NCBI RefSeq assembly: GCF_036321535.1
Contig: NC_087437.1
Coordinates: 92,382,001-92,446,000 of the forward strand
DNA length: 64,000 nt
Direction of reading: 5' to 3'
Source: Camelus dromedarius
Taxonomy: Eukaryota
The notes below the pieces were generated by a model. That model worked only from the letters and a program-made list of their open reading frames with translations. It had not been told where the DNA came from and ran no database searches. Of the stretch, positions 51,445 to 63,780 are shown in pieces (positions within the stretch are counted from its first letter, which is position 1; the number at the start of each line of letters is the position of its first letter). Position numbers and translations under genes: made by a program.

Positions 51445-51645
51445 TTATTGATTACTTAATACACGTGAGCCATAAAATATACTATATATTCTATACATAA
51501 TAATGCTTTGAAAACTTACAACAACCCTATGGAAAAAATAATACCATATTTTTATTTTAAAGAATATCTTGTATAAGTTCGTATAGTCAGTGAATATAAC
51601 TACAGCCAGGCAGCCTGGCTGTAATGCCTGCTCCCTCAAGTATTA
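51445..51645 (-). mobile_element. MIR SINE
   Basis: acatttattgattactta...cttacaacaaccctatg...ccaggcagcctggct. Confidence 0.6.
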
Positions 51646-54600
51646 CTCTAAAAAGCCTACATTAATAACTGCCACATATAGCATATACTGTAGAGCCATG
51701 TGTTTTGATTATATTTCCCTTTTATTCTTCTTATCACCCCAATTCTACAAACTTAGATATTGAGGGTTAGAGACTTCAAGTCCAAGCGATTTGGTGAAAG
51801 CTCCAGTGACTATTCCAGTTCCTGGCAAATAATATGAAATTTTTAAGTTGCACAATTGATGGAAGCAATACATGTATGCATTTTAAAAGTCACTAAAGAA
51901 AAACATATTTATTGTTATTAAAAGGTTTCTTGTGTTAATGTGCTAAACTAAATTCTGCAGTCTTTTCTGCTGTACTTTTAAAACCATTGCAGTGGAAGAA
52001 GGAGCACAGAGAATGGTGAGAAGTCAACACACTGTGGAAATGAAACACAGGGATTATTTCAGAGATCTGGACTGCTACCTACACTGCATCATAATAAAAT
52101 TTTATATGGTGAAGTGCATCAGGGCAAGGATACCCAGCCAAATTCAACTATAAGTGCAAACTTTGACAGGCAGACAGACAAAACACAAACCTGGGACACA
52201 AGTAGCATGAACTACAATTTAAATGTCGGTAGATTTCACTTACACGAAACTATTAGAGACAGATTGTGTTTGGGAGCCAGGTAATTGTGAGGAAGAACTA
52301 ATTTTAAGTTAAAATGAGTTACATATATTTTGGGGACAATAACTAAAATAATCGTCCTGGCAGGTTAATGTCATTATAAAATACAAAAGGAAAATCGTAG
52401 TTCAAAAGATTCCTATGCTGTTTGATAATTAAACACCTGGCGAGTGAAGGAATAAAGTTATTTATAACATATTCATTAGACATTAAAATTACAGACTAGA
52501 AAAATTGTTCAACTTTAATAATAAAGTAACAAAACACAAAGGAGAAGAATTGAAATACCATGCTGCTTCCTTCTTAATTTCTCAAGATCTCTTAAGGAAA
52601 ATATGGCATCATGTAAGTAAGATTCATCTCCACTTTAGATCAGTAATGGCCCATTAAGAGGTTGCCGTGCATACAGTATCATGGGTTATCTTAAAGCCCT
52701 GCAGCCAACACATCTTCCCAGAGATTAGGCTTATCACTCTAGAAATATCTTTAAAATTCTGTTCCATTCTATTGTTTCTCAAAATCAAGACCATGAACCT
52801 AGATCTCAGGATTGCACTTTATTGATTGCAAGAGAGATGAGAAACTTTTTTACCAAGCACAAGAACTGATAGTTTCAGTAACAAAGCAAGATCCTAAGGC
52901 AGACATATGCACTGATATATTTAATCAAAACTGTTATTATTTGCATACAAACCAAAAAGTGAGATAAAAAACTGAATGCAATGTACTGATATGCTGTATG
53001 TATGAATATTCTTCAAAAATAGATGTAATTTAGGTTATTTAAATGTTTAATTTAGGGAAACAACTTAATTCTTTCACATATAATAGAATGCAGTCTATAA
53101 AAAATATTTTTTTCCCTAGGATTATCAGGAGGATTTCCAACTTTACATTCTATAATTATAGAGTATGGCTAGCTATTAATATGCTTAGATACTTCCTATG
53201 GGGGAATGAGGGAGGGGTATACTTGAGAATTAAGAATGAAAATTACATTAATATTAATTTGACAAGGAAAGTAGTCTAATTGACTAATGACTCTTTTTCA
53301 GACAGGACAGATTCACTTTCAAAAGAATTTGTAATCATGAATAATATATTTAATAATATATTAATTGTTAAAACAAAGCAAATATATTTACATTATGATA
53401 TAGATTTATAATATTAGACTTAAAGCTTTAATATTTCTTCCTGTTTTTCTAGAAGTCTAGACATGTATAAAGTCAAAAAATTTGGAAAATGTGTTTAAAG
53501 GACTTTATTTTTTTTTTTACAAAAGCAAACAATATATGCATGCTGTTGCTCTGTGTTGTAAATTACTCATTAATCATATTTGTAAGAAAGATGGAAAAAA
53601 CTTACATGTCATTGGATTTAGATAAAGAAAACCTATCATATTTCTCTGATAAATATAAACATAATCATAAATTTTGTTGCACCTACATAAATCACTTGGG
53701 TAAATTATTCTTTCAAGTATAATGTATTATGCTCAAAATATCCTGTTAGCTATTCTACAATTAAGTGGCTTATTTTTCTTTTTAAGTGCAGCTCGTATTT
53801 TCATATAGTTACTTTTATTTATATAAAGTAATTCCTGAAGCAGAAACATATATTGTAATATGAACCTTCCACTTTTTCTATTAAAGATTACTTATGATTT
53901 TTCTAAATAAAATATGAATACTGTAGTATGTTAAAACACATTATTTTCACCACAGCTTGTAATTGGCATTTCAAAATAAAGTAAAAACAACTGTGTCTTA
54001 CTATTTTATACTGAAGTAAACATTAAGAATTCTGTCAACAATATAACTCTTCTATTTTATTTACTCTAGTTTGGGTCCATACTTATTATAAACATTAGCG
54101 TGTAGGCTAGAATAAAGCTTAAAGATTTTTTTCTCTTTCATTTAAATGCCTTTATTTGTAAGTCAAATTCAAATCTAAATGTGGTTCATGCACAATTTTA
54201 GCAGTTCTGTCTAATTCTTTATCACATGATTTACTTTTTGCTTTGGTTATTATCTTAACTGCTCTATAATTAAATTTCTTAACTGACTATATGACATTAA
54301 AATGGTACCTTTTATATGAAAATGAGAGATTATGTGGCCAGTTGATGCTTTTCAGACTTTTGCTATAGCTATTCCTATTAATAAGATGACAGAGTCAAAC
54401 AAGTATTATTGTTTGCTCTTTAGTTCAAACTTGATTAGTATAAAGATATTTTCAATCCTAAGTGTATTCATAAGAAATAATTTTACACCTAGAATTCTGA
54501 ATAAACTGTGAGTCTCCTATTTATTTTTTATAACAGTTTACCAGTAGTTTCTGTTTTAAATATTTTTAAGTGATAGCTTTCTCTGTCTTCTCTTGAAATA

Positions 54601-56339
54601 TACTACAAGGATAAGCTTCAATGCCTTGACAATATCTCTCCCCGTGATTTATTCTTTGAGCCAGATGTTTAACTATCCTTTAAAAAATAAAACAGATGTA
54701 AGAACATTCTTTTGTCTATTGCCTCCTAAATATTCTAGTGGGGAATAGCTTGTCTGCTGAATTTAGCAATGGATATAAGTTGAGTTTCTCAAGTTCTCTG
54801 GTGAAATGGATTTCTCAGAAATACCTTTTGCTTCTTGCAGAATAATAGCATCTCTTTTTTCCTAAATTACTCTTTATTCTTTCATGCACTGTACATTGAG
54901 CTTCTACACACATATGTAGCTGGGTTTTTTTAATGAAAATTCTGGGCACTAAATATAGTTAAAAGATGCATTGGCTTATGCAACAGTATCATAGCAACCA
55001 AAGTTTTAAACTAAAGCAATCAGAATGGCAAAATGATGTAATCTGGACAAATAGAGAAGAGCAAATATGTATGACAGCAAGAAATCACCAGACTTGCTCA
55101 GTTTACATGTCATGTCCAGATTCTCCATAAAAAGGTAATTTTTAATCCCTGGATTTCAAAAAATCCCACTCCTAGATTCTAGAACAGTGGAGAGTATAGA
55201 GCTGGAATGTTTCTCCAAGCATAGTCTAGTTAAAGATGGAAGGATTTTTATGTTTGAGTAGTCACTATGTTTTTAATCTTTAGATACAAGTTACCTTTCT
55301 AATGGGGAAAAGCACGTAATAGATATCGAGAAAGAAAACGCCAGAAATTTCAATTAATTTAACATCCGTATTATAAAAAAAAAAAGATATAGAAAGGGAA
55401 AAGTAGCTATTGGAGTAAAAAATGCTTTATTTTATTGATTTTTGTCCTGTAGTTTCTTTACTTTGTTTTGCAAATCTACTTTACAAACTAAACATTCTTT
55501 TAGAAAATGAGTTTTTTTAAAATGGGCAACCAAAAGGAGAAGGCATGGATGAGTAAGTGTGTGAAATAAAAGTAATGAAACCATTCCACAATGAAGTTAA
55601 GAAACCGAAGGTGGTCATAGCCGTTTAGAAGCAAGGAAAACAGTCCCATTGCCAATATGTCTCAAGTAATTTAAACAAAACTAGCATTGTTTTAATTTTC
55701 CTTTTCTGACTCTCTAGAGACTCAAGATACATCTGCCACAGCAGTTTGAAATGATGTTGGGTGACACAATTACCAATAATCAGCCAGTCACAAATAGTCA
55801 AGAACCTTAAATTTTATTTGTGCTTAGATGTTACCATTTTTCCTATTTCCAAAAAAAGTATTCAAGTGAACTCAAATAAGTATTAATACTACCAACAAAG
55901 TGAATCTTTTGCCATGTCATACTTTGTATCAAAACTTGTTATCTGGTGCCAGACAAGGCATTAGTACAAATATACTACCAATTTTATTGCCAATAGTATC
56001 AACATAATATTATCAATGTAACAAGTACTGAGTGAGATAATTTAAATGTACCAGAAAATCTGAAAAATTAACCTAAGAGTCCAGAGACAGAATTACCCAG
56101 AGGAAGGATTCACAGAGCCCACCGATGAGAGAGGAGAGGAAAAAGTAGGCTGAAAATAGATTCCATTGATCTTTCTTCCACCTTTCAGGAACACTTTCTG
56201 AACTTTAATTCATTCCCTAACTTTAACTCATTCATTCCCAACAGAGTGAAGACTGAATTTCCTGATCTTCCTCACTCATTTCCCCATCTTGACTCCCTAC
56301 ATATTGGCATAATCTTTAACACCCTTAGGCAAACATTTT

Positions 56340-57460
56340 ACTAAGATGACAATGGCCATCCATAACAGTCTCAAAATGTATCTTAGTCAACTCCTCTATT
56401 GAAATGTCTAAGATGTCTACTGTCTTCACCTTGAAACACTTCCCACACCTATCACTGTTTAATGTTGTTTTCATGAGTTTCTTACTGCTTTTAACTCTCC
56501 ATGTCAGCAGTCTGTGAACTTCTGTTGTGCAATCTAACCCATAAAAGTTGGTGTTCTCTGGGTTTCTGCTCTTGACCTTTCTCCCTTGTCATTTCATATA
56601 CTCTCCTGCAGGAGTCTTATTCATAGTCACACTTAGAAATACTGTGGTGATTTCCTGCAGGATACCTTCACTCTACTGACTTCCAGATCATTTAATTCAA
56701 ATGTCCATCACTGAACTGTTACCTAACCACCAAAAATCTCCCCTGCCCCCATATTCTTCACTTTGGCAAAAGACTCCATGACCAATATGATTTATTAAGC
56801 AGAAACATATGACACAGTTTCATTAATTTCCTTGGCATATATGTCTGAGTCCTTTTGGCTCCATAATAGTCTATTTAATTCTGTCTCTCTTTGCCATTAT
56901 CACTATCTTTGCTTTATACTTCTTACCTTGACTATCACAATGTCCTTTAGAAAAAAATTTCAAATTTCATAAGCCTTTAATTTTAATATGCTCTCCAATT
57001 TATTCTCCACTCCCCCACCTCACAGCCAGAGGGATGTTTCTATAATGCATAATTATGATACTTCTCCACTTTAAATCTCAACACTCTACTTGCATATAGA
57101 ATAAAGTTCAAGTGCTTCTGCATTAAATGATGAGCTCTTTACCACAGTCACACAGAGCAATCTAAGTTTTCCTAAATAGATGGTAGAATATCTTCTACCT
57201 GTTTCTTTCGTCTTTGATGGCATTTTATATGCATCAACATGAAACCATTCTTCAAACTGCAACTTATTGAACATCTACTCAATGAAAACACTCTGGCACC
57301 TACAGAAAGTTAGGTTCTTCCTCTTCTGAGATTCCATAGCCATTGAGGATGGCCTTTTGTTACCACATTCATGAGAATTTACAATAGTATATTATGTGCT
57401 TTCCATCTGTGTATTCTTGGTTGTTAGTGGTATCTTAATAAATTATGCTGAAGAAAGGAA
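56340..57460 (+). mobile_element. Old L2 LINE fragment
   Basis: tactctcctgcaggagtcttattcatagtcac, caaatgtccatcactgaact, cacagccagagggatgtttct and tagaataaagttcaag are L2 motifs. Confidence 0.6.
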
Positions 57461-57597
57461 GGAAAAGGAGGATGGAGAGAAGGAGAATATGATCAAAGGA
57501 GTTTTACCATTAATTCTAATTTCAGGATTGCTCTTAGCTCTCCTCAAATTCTACCAACTTATAAACATTTGGTATCTTTTTTATTAGATATGCACAT

Positions 57598-58102
57598 TGT
57601 GGTAGTTAATTTTATGTGTCAACTTGATTGGGCCACAAGGTATCCAGACATTTGGTCAAACATTCTGGGGGTCTCTATTGGAACTGTCTCTGGATGAGAC
57701 CATCATTTCAGTAGGTAGACTGAGTAAAGCAACTGCCCTCCCTACCATGGGTGGGTCCCATTCAATCAGCTGATGTCTTAGATAGAACAAAAAGGCTGGT
57801 ACTCCCATGAGTAAGAAGGATTTTCCTCCTGCCTGACTGACTTGAGCTGGGACATCTTTGTTTTTTTGTTTGTCTTTTAATTTTTTTTTTAATTGCCATT
57901 GGACTTGAACTGAAACGTCAGCTCTCCCTAGGTTTTAAGCCTGCAAGCCTTTAGACTAAAACTACACCAGCAGCTCTCTTAGGTTTCCAGCTTGCTGACT
58001 GCAGATTTCTTTCTCTCTCTCTCTGTATGTATACACACACAAACACACACACACACACGTATCTTATTGGTTCTATTTTTTTGGATAATCCTGATTGATA
58101 CA
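57598..58102 (+). mobile_element. MLT2B-like ERVL solo LTR
   Basis: tgtggtagttaattttatgtgtcaacttgattgggccac...actgagtaaagcaactgccctccc...(CT)n(CA)n...tattggttctatttttttggataatcctgattgataca. Confidence 0.92.
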
Positions 58103-58796
58103 CTCCTACATGTAAGGAATAAAATGTACAAGTATGACAGAGATACATTTTAAATATAGTATATTCAGTGTAAAATGTTATCAGCTTTTCAAACCACAAG
58201 AATGAATGACTCACATTGACTACTTGTGTCTGTCACTGAAAACTTCAAAAAACAAAAGGTAAAAAGTGTACAGGGATCCTGAAGAAAGGAAGGAAACAAT
58301 TCTCTGATTCCAACATTTTTCCTGTGTTGGCTTAACTATCTTAAATCATTCAATCTTCTTAACTTTCTTACATTTTCTAATGAACTATCTTTCCCCTGTG
58401 AAGACATATGTATACAATTTCATAGGAACTTTGTTCTTGGTCCTGTTAACACAAGTGAACACAGTCTCCAAAAATGTATGAAGGTTTTACTGATTTGTTT
58501 GTTTAACAAACAAATGCCAAGATGTTAGGGGCATCTGTACCATGATCACTTGGTTGCATTTGACAGCTAGAGAGTCTTAAGGCTGGTGTCTAGGAGAGTG
58601 TGCTAGAGTTGAAGGCATTACAAAAACAGTAGGCTGAATAAGAAAGAACAAAGTAAACATCATTACTTCTGTGACTAGATACAAAGAGTAAATTTGAACT
58701 GCCTTGTAATTACCGTGTGATGGATAACTGTCATCCGAAGCAAGACAGAGGGATGTGTAGTAGTAGCAATAGAATAATAATAATAGTTAATAATTA

Positions 58797-59028
58797 ATAA
58801 CAGTTAAAATTTACTGAGTGCATCAATGTCCAAAAACTGCTATAAAGACATGTTATACATATTACCTAATTTAGTTAACAATTAAGTTAAAGATAATACT
58901 ATTCTTATCTCCAATATACAGCTAAGTTGTCTAAGGCACAGAGAAATAATGTACAATTTTTACTAGTTCATAGAACTAGTAAGAAGTAGAGATATGTTTC
59001 AATTCAGAGCCTGTGTTCTCATCACTAT
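58797..59028 (-). mobile_element. MIR SINE
   Basis: aatttactgagtgc...ctaaggcacagagaaataa...ctagtaagaagtagag...cagagcctgtgttctc. Confidence 0.7.
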
Positions 59029-59559
59029 TTAATTCTACTGTTCACCTTGTAATGAATCTACCAAGCAGGCACCTATCCACAAAGACAGGGAAAAAACAGA
59101 GCACTGTCTTCAGGGTTTCACAAATACTATGTATTTAAACATTATTACAATAAGTGAGTATACTGGAGTCAATAATCCATTTATATGAATATATGGTGGA
59201 ATGTAAAGTGCTTCCATTTCCATTAAAGTATGTTATCTTCAAATGGAAATTTATTACAATTTTTAAAGACTCTTTCTGACACTCATGCTGCCCTCACTGC
59301 ATAGATATATAGTAAATATTTAAGAAAATGTTCCAAATGGATCATCTGCAAAGAGTGCCAATTTGAGGCATTTATCCTGATTAAGATGTCTGCCCCAAAG
59401 TACAAAGGGGTAGACAAACCACTGTTTTTAAGACAAATTGCTGACAGCAATACATGGCAGGGAATTTTGTGACCAGGGGCAAGAAGAAAGTGGGAGGTGA
59501 AGACAGGGAGCAAGCAATGCACAAGAAAAGATCAGCTTCCAGATTCCCTCATGTTACTG

Positions 59560-59760
59560 GCAGGCTCATTTCCTTGCAACTGCAGAACTCATAGTCACTT
59601 TCTTCTTGAAAGCCAGAAGAAGAATCTCTGCTGCTTTAGGTCTCTGACTTCTCTCTCCTAAAGGTCTCAATTTTTGTTTAACGTATCTTCCTTGATTAAT
59701 ATCTGTTTTGATTAAGTTAAAACCAATTGATTTGGAATCTTAATATATTTGCATAACACA
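59560..59760 (-). mobile_element. MLT1 (E/F-like) LTR fragment
   Basis: catttccttgcaactgcagaact...ttcttgaaagccagaagaagaatctct...aattgatttggaatcttaatatatttgca. Confidence 0.55.
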
Positions 59761-60138
59761 AAGACTTTCATCTCCAACTGCTGTACTACAGGGGTTAAGA
59801 CTTTCCTGAGTTATGAAACTGGAAGCAAACTCAAGACCTAGTCTAGCCTAGATACAAATAGAACTAATGCTACTCTTGAAATTTTCTAGACTAAAGAGTA
59901 CAAAGCTTCTTTACCTTTAATACCTAAATTGTAAAACTCTTATCAAGCCACTCAATTAAGTCTATTTTATTATATTCTGACTTTACTGGTAGCAGTAAAA
60001 AATCAGCATTTTCTTAAAACACTCCCTTCTTTATTGTCAGCTTCAAATACTCTTGTATCAACAATGGATTACATTTTGTGTGTAAATACAATTTTCCATT
60101 CTTTTATATTGGTGCTTCCAGTTTCACAAAATGTGAGG

Positions 60139-60270
60139 TTTTTGTTTTGTTTTGTTTTCATATTCTTTTTCATTAAAGGTTATTACAAGATGTGTTTCCT
60201 GTGTTATACAGAAGAAATTCATTTTTTATCTATTTTTCTATTTTTATATATAGTGGCTAACATTTGCAAA
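60139..60270 (-). mobile_element. About 130-bp L1 3'UTR stub, truncated at both ends
   Basis: Reverse complement aligns by eye to 1392-1510 of the first L1; flanked by caaaatgtg at 60127-60135 and 60267-60275. Confidence 0.85.
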
Positions 60271-60549
60271 ATGTGTTTTAAGTTCAACCTTCAACTGAAT
60301 ATGAGTCTAGAGGGCTTAATATATGTTTGCATTCTAACACACACAGTCCCTGGTTTTTATAAACAGCATTATAGGGTTAATATAGTTTCAACTTATGTTC
60401 CACTGGGGAAGTAAATATTTTACTGCCATCATTAGTACAAACTATTTTTAAATTTGTATTTGTTAAATATTGACTTATACCAAACATTTTTTATTTTTTT
60501 CTGATCTTTTTTCCCCTAATATTTTTCAGTGGTTTAGTATGCTAAACCT

Positions 60550-60830
60550 ATCCTTAAAGAGTACATTTTCCATGTTGTTATCTAGGTCATGAATGAAAAT
60601 GTTAAACAGAACTGGGCCAAGTCTCTATAGAGTGTTTCTTACTATGTCTTAAAGTCTCATCCTGAACTATTGATAATGATGTTTTAGATAAGCCACCTAC
60701 ACACTCACTCTACAATTAGGTTTGAGTCTAACAGTTCAGTTGAACAGTTTGCATTTTCCCAATATATTGATAAATATGTCATGTGGAACGAAGTCAAAAG
60801 TTTTGCTAATATGAAGATTGATTGCACTTA
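60550..60830 (-). mobile_element. L3/CR1 LINE reverse-transcriptase fossil
   Basis: Minus-strand translations AINLHISKTFDFVPHDIFINILGKC (about 60825-60751) and LGPVLFNIFIHDLD (60621-60580) match CR1 RT motifs YLDFSKAFDxVPH and LGPVLFNIFINDLD. Confidence 0.85.
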
Positions 60831-62489
60831 TTATTTTTCATGGCTATTCCTAAGCCATTATTTGGTATAACAAAAGTTTTTAACCTTGAAAAATCCAGTG
60901 ATCTATCTTCTTCTAATTACCAGAAAAATTTTATTTTGTTAAGTTGTAGGCACCAAAGATAAATAAATACACAGTTTTCAGCAGAACATTTTTGTTTCTT
61001 ACTTTAGCTATAAGTCTCTTCAGATATCTTACTGATCCTCAGTGGATTATAAGAAACAAAGTCTACCAGCTCTTTTCATAATTAAAATCACCAGTGCCTA
61101 ACACGTTTAACCCAGGATTTGTATATTTGTAATATGCTTTCTCTATTCCTTTCCTTTCCCTTCCATCTTGATTTTTTTCCCCTTTTATTCTGCAGGTTTC
61201 CTCTTTAATAGTTTTTAATGACACAGTTAAAATAAGCAACATTATAAATCTCTGCCTTTTTAGTTTCAACTGTTGGTAGATTTACCATTTTTGTTTGTTT
61301 GTTTGTTTCTCTTCTGGCTAGCCCTATGAAAAGAATGTTGTGCAATTCCCTTTGTGTCCAGTGTAACTGCATCTCATTTTGTTCTGATTTCTTTTTATTT
61401 CTTTCTCTCCAAGAATTCACTAATTTATTTTCCTCATTTTTGATAATTTAATCTATCTATTTTAGTAGCAGTCTACATGTATTAAACTTCTATTATTGTT
61501 GACTTACCCAAACAGATTTTTCATATCATTTTATAAGAACAATGATTGAGCCCATATACTACATACCTCTTTAAGTAAGAACTGTTGTTTAGACCAAAAC
61601 ATTTTTAAAACTTTAGTGAGAATAGAGGAAAAAAATCTTACTCAGTGAGATAATGCTTTGTTGCTTGAAGAAGAAAAGTGATAACACATTTAGTAAGACA
61701 GAATGAATTTGTTCATCTTCAATATATCCTCAATGAAATTAAATAATTTTAGTATGCCAAAATATGTCCCTGTTATCACATAAATAAAGCCTTCCATACC
61801 TAAGGCAGCATAATAAAAACGTGAGTAAAGAAGAGAAAAAAATAGATTTCTGAGTTCTTATGTAATTATTTCACAGCACCATCCACTTCAAGATGACTTG
61901 CTGTCTATATTATTAAGTGAGAAATAGAATGTGGTACTGTTAGGCACATGACAGTCTCTAGGTAAGGAATTTCTAAGCTCTAATATTATTGGCAAAATTG
62001 TAAAGAAATATTGTATGACTATGAAAAATTTTAACTTTCTTTTCTTAAATACTAAGTTAAATAGCTTATATTTGCTACAAAATTATAGAAGCTTAAAATT
62101 GTAATATGAATGGCACTAATATAAATGCTTGAGAAATATTTTAATAGGTTGAATAAAAATACAGAGCTTAGAAAGATACCCCTTATAATAACAAAACAAG
62201 TGGTAAACAAACATATAAAAAGTTAATCATCATTAACAACCATAGAAATAAAAAAATAAAATAGAAACCATTTTTCTCACATAGCTTTTTAACAAAGCTT
62301 GAAAAATACTAAAAATCAAATCTGACAGATATGATATAAACAACTTACTTTCAATACTCAGTAGAGACAAGGTAAATTAAGAAAGCCTGTTTAGAAAAAA
62401 GATACATATATATATAGAGAGAGATTTAATTAGCTATTGTATTAAAGTAACTGTATATTTTATGTATATTGTCAATTTATAAAAAAAAT

Positions 62490-62880
62490 TTACCAGGATT
62501 TTGATTGGAATTGCATTGATAATTGGCATTTTGGCAATGCTGAGTGTTCTCTCTGTGAACATGGCTTTCTCTTCTGTAATTTAGCTCTTTTTCACTTTCT
62601 CTCAGTTATCTTTTACAGTTTTCAGTATAAAGGCTCTACACATATTTTTCAGATATATAGCTACTTTATATTTTTAATACTTTCATATATGGTACAATAT
62701 TTTGCCAATTTGCTCATCTCGCTTATTATGTCTAACAGCTTTTTTGTATATATCGTTGGACTTCTAAATAGACAGAATGAAGACAGTTTTAGTACTTTCT
62801 TCCAATCCAGATGCATTTTATTTCTTTTCTTGCTATTTTGAATGGTAAGGACTGTCTGTACAATAAAGTGATGAGACCAT
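62490..62880 (-). mobile_element. Old L1 ORF2 fragment
   Basis: ggattttgattggaattgcattga...cagttttcagtataaagg...ttttatttcttttcttgc. Confidence 0.7.
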
Positions 62881-63031
62881 TCATTTCAAGGTTGGAAGAT
62901 GCCAGAAATAATAGTAATTTGCCATTTGTAGACAAAGAGTTTGAGATACTAGTTAGAGTTATGCACTAACTACAAAAGTGATAAATCCCACATTATGAAA
63001 AACACTGAGTTAACATCTACAGCAATTTTAT

Positions 63032-63202
63032 TTTTTTTTAACTTTTTTTATTGAGGTATAGCCACTTTACAATGTTGTGTCAATTTCTGGTGTACAGCAC
63101 AGTGCTTCAATGGTACATGGATATACATATATTCATTTTCATATTCTTTTTCACTGTAAGCCACTACAAGATATCGAACTTAGTTCCCTGTGGTATATAG
63201 TA
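63032..63202 (-). mobile_element. About 170-bp young L1 3'-end stub
   Basis: Poly-T then ttattgaggtatagccactttacaatgttgtgtcaatttctggtgtacagc; reverse complement similar to 41228-41395. TSD aattttat at 63024-63031 and 63203-63210, followed by ctt/aaa. Confidence 0.9.
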
Positions 63203-63394
63203 AATTTTATCTTAAATTCCAATCCAGGGAACTGTATATAAGCCTGGGATTTCCCACAGCTGAACTGATTTTATGAAAGGAAGTGTTAATAATGTCTCCT
63301 TAAAACACTACAATAGAAAAAAAAAAAAAGAAACGCTAAAATATGCTGTAAAATTGAAGCATTAAAGTCTTACCCTAATTTTGGTAACCAGAAT

Positions 63395-63780
63395 ATTAGC
63401 ATTATGGAATTTAGAGAAAGAAAAGGTCTAAAATTAAGCTGGTCTTACAGTCCATTTAATGACTGAATTCCCCCTACCAAGGGTTTGAATATCTTCACTG
63501 ATAAATAATTTGCTATTTTCTAGAATACCTCATTCTATCTTTGGATTTCATTAATTACTAACATATTCATTGTGAAGTCTTCAGTTGAACAGTGTCTTTC
63601 AGTGTTTTGTTGTTTTTTGTTTTTTTTTTCTTTTTCACCCTTTGGTCTTTTTTCCAGTCTTTCCCTTCTCTGCAACATCTTTTCTCAATGTTAAAGTTAA
63701 TAAGTGACATCAAATATTCTTGTGATGATATATTTTCATGTCCTCTCTCTATCCTGGTCTATATTCTGAAAATAATTTAG
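63395..63780 (-). mobile_element. L3/CR1 3' fragment
   Basis: attatggaatttagag...gaattccccctacc...tttgaatatcttcactga...gtcctctctctatcctggtc resemble the antisense L3 3' region. Confidence 0.45.

Noticed and set aside
57593..58107. 5-bp TSD for the MLT2B LTR (cacat / ctcct)
   Set aside because: Only 3 of 5 bases match; not distinguishable from chance
60550..63780. The two L3 fragments as one interrupted element
   Set aside because: The order is wrong for one minus-strand copy: the 3' piece lies at higher coordinates than the RT piece
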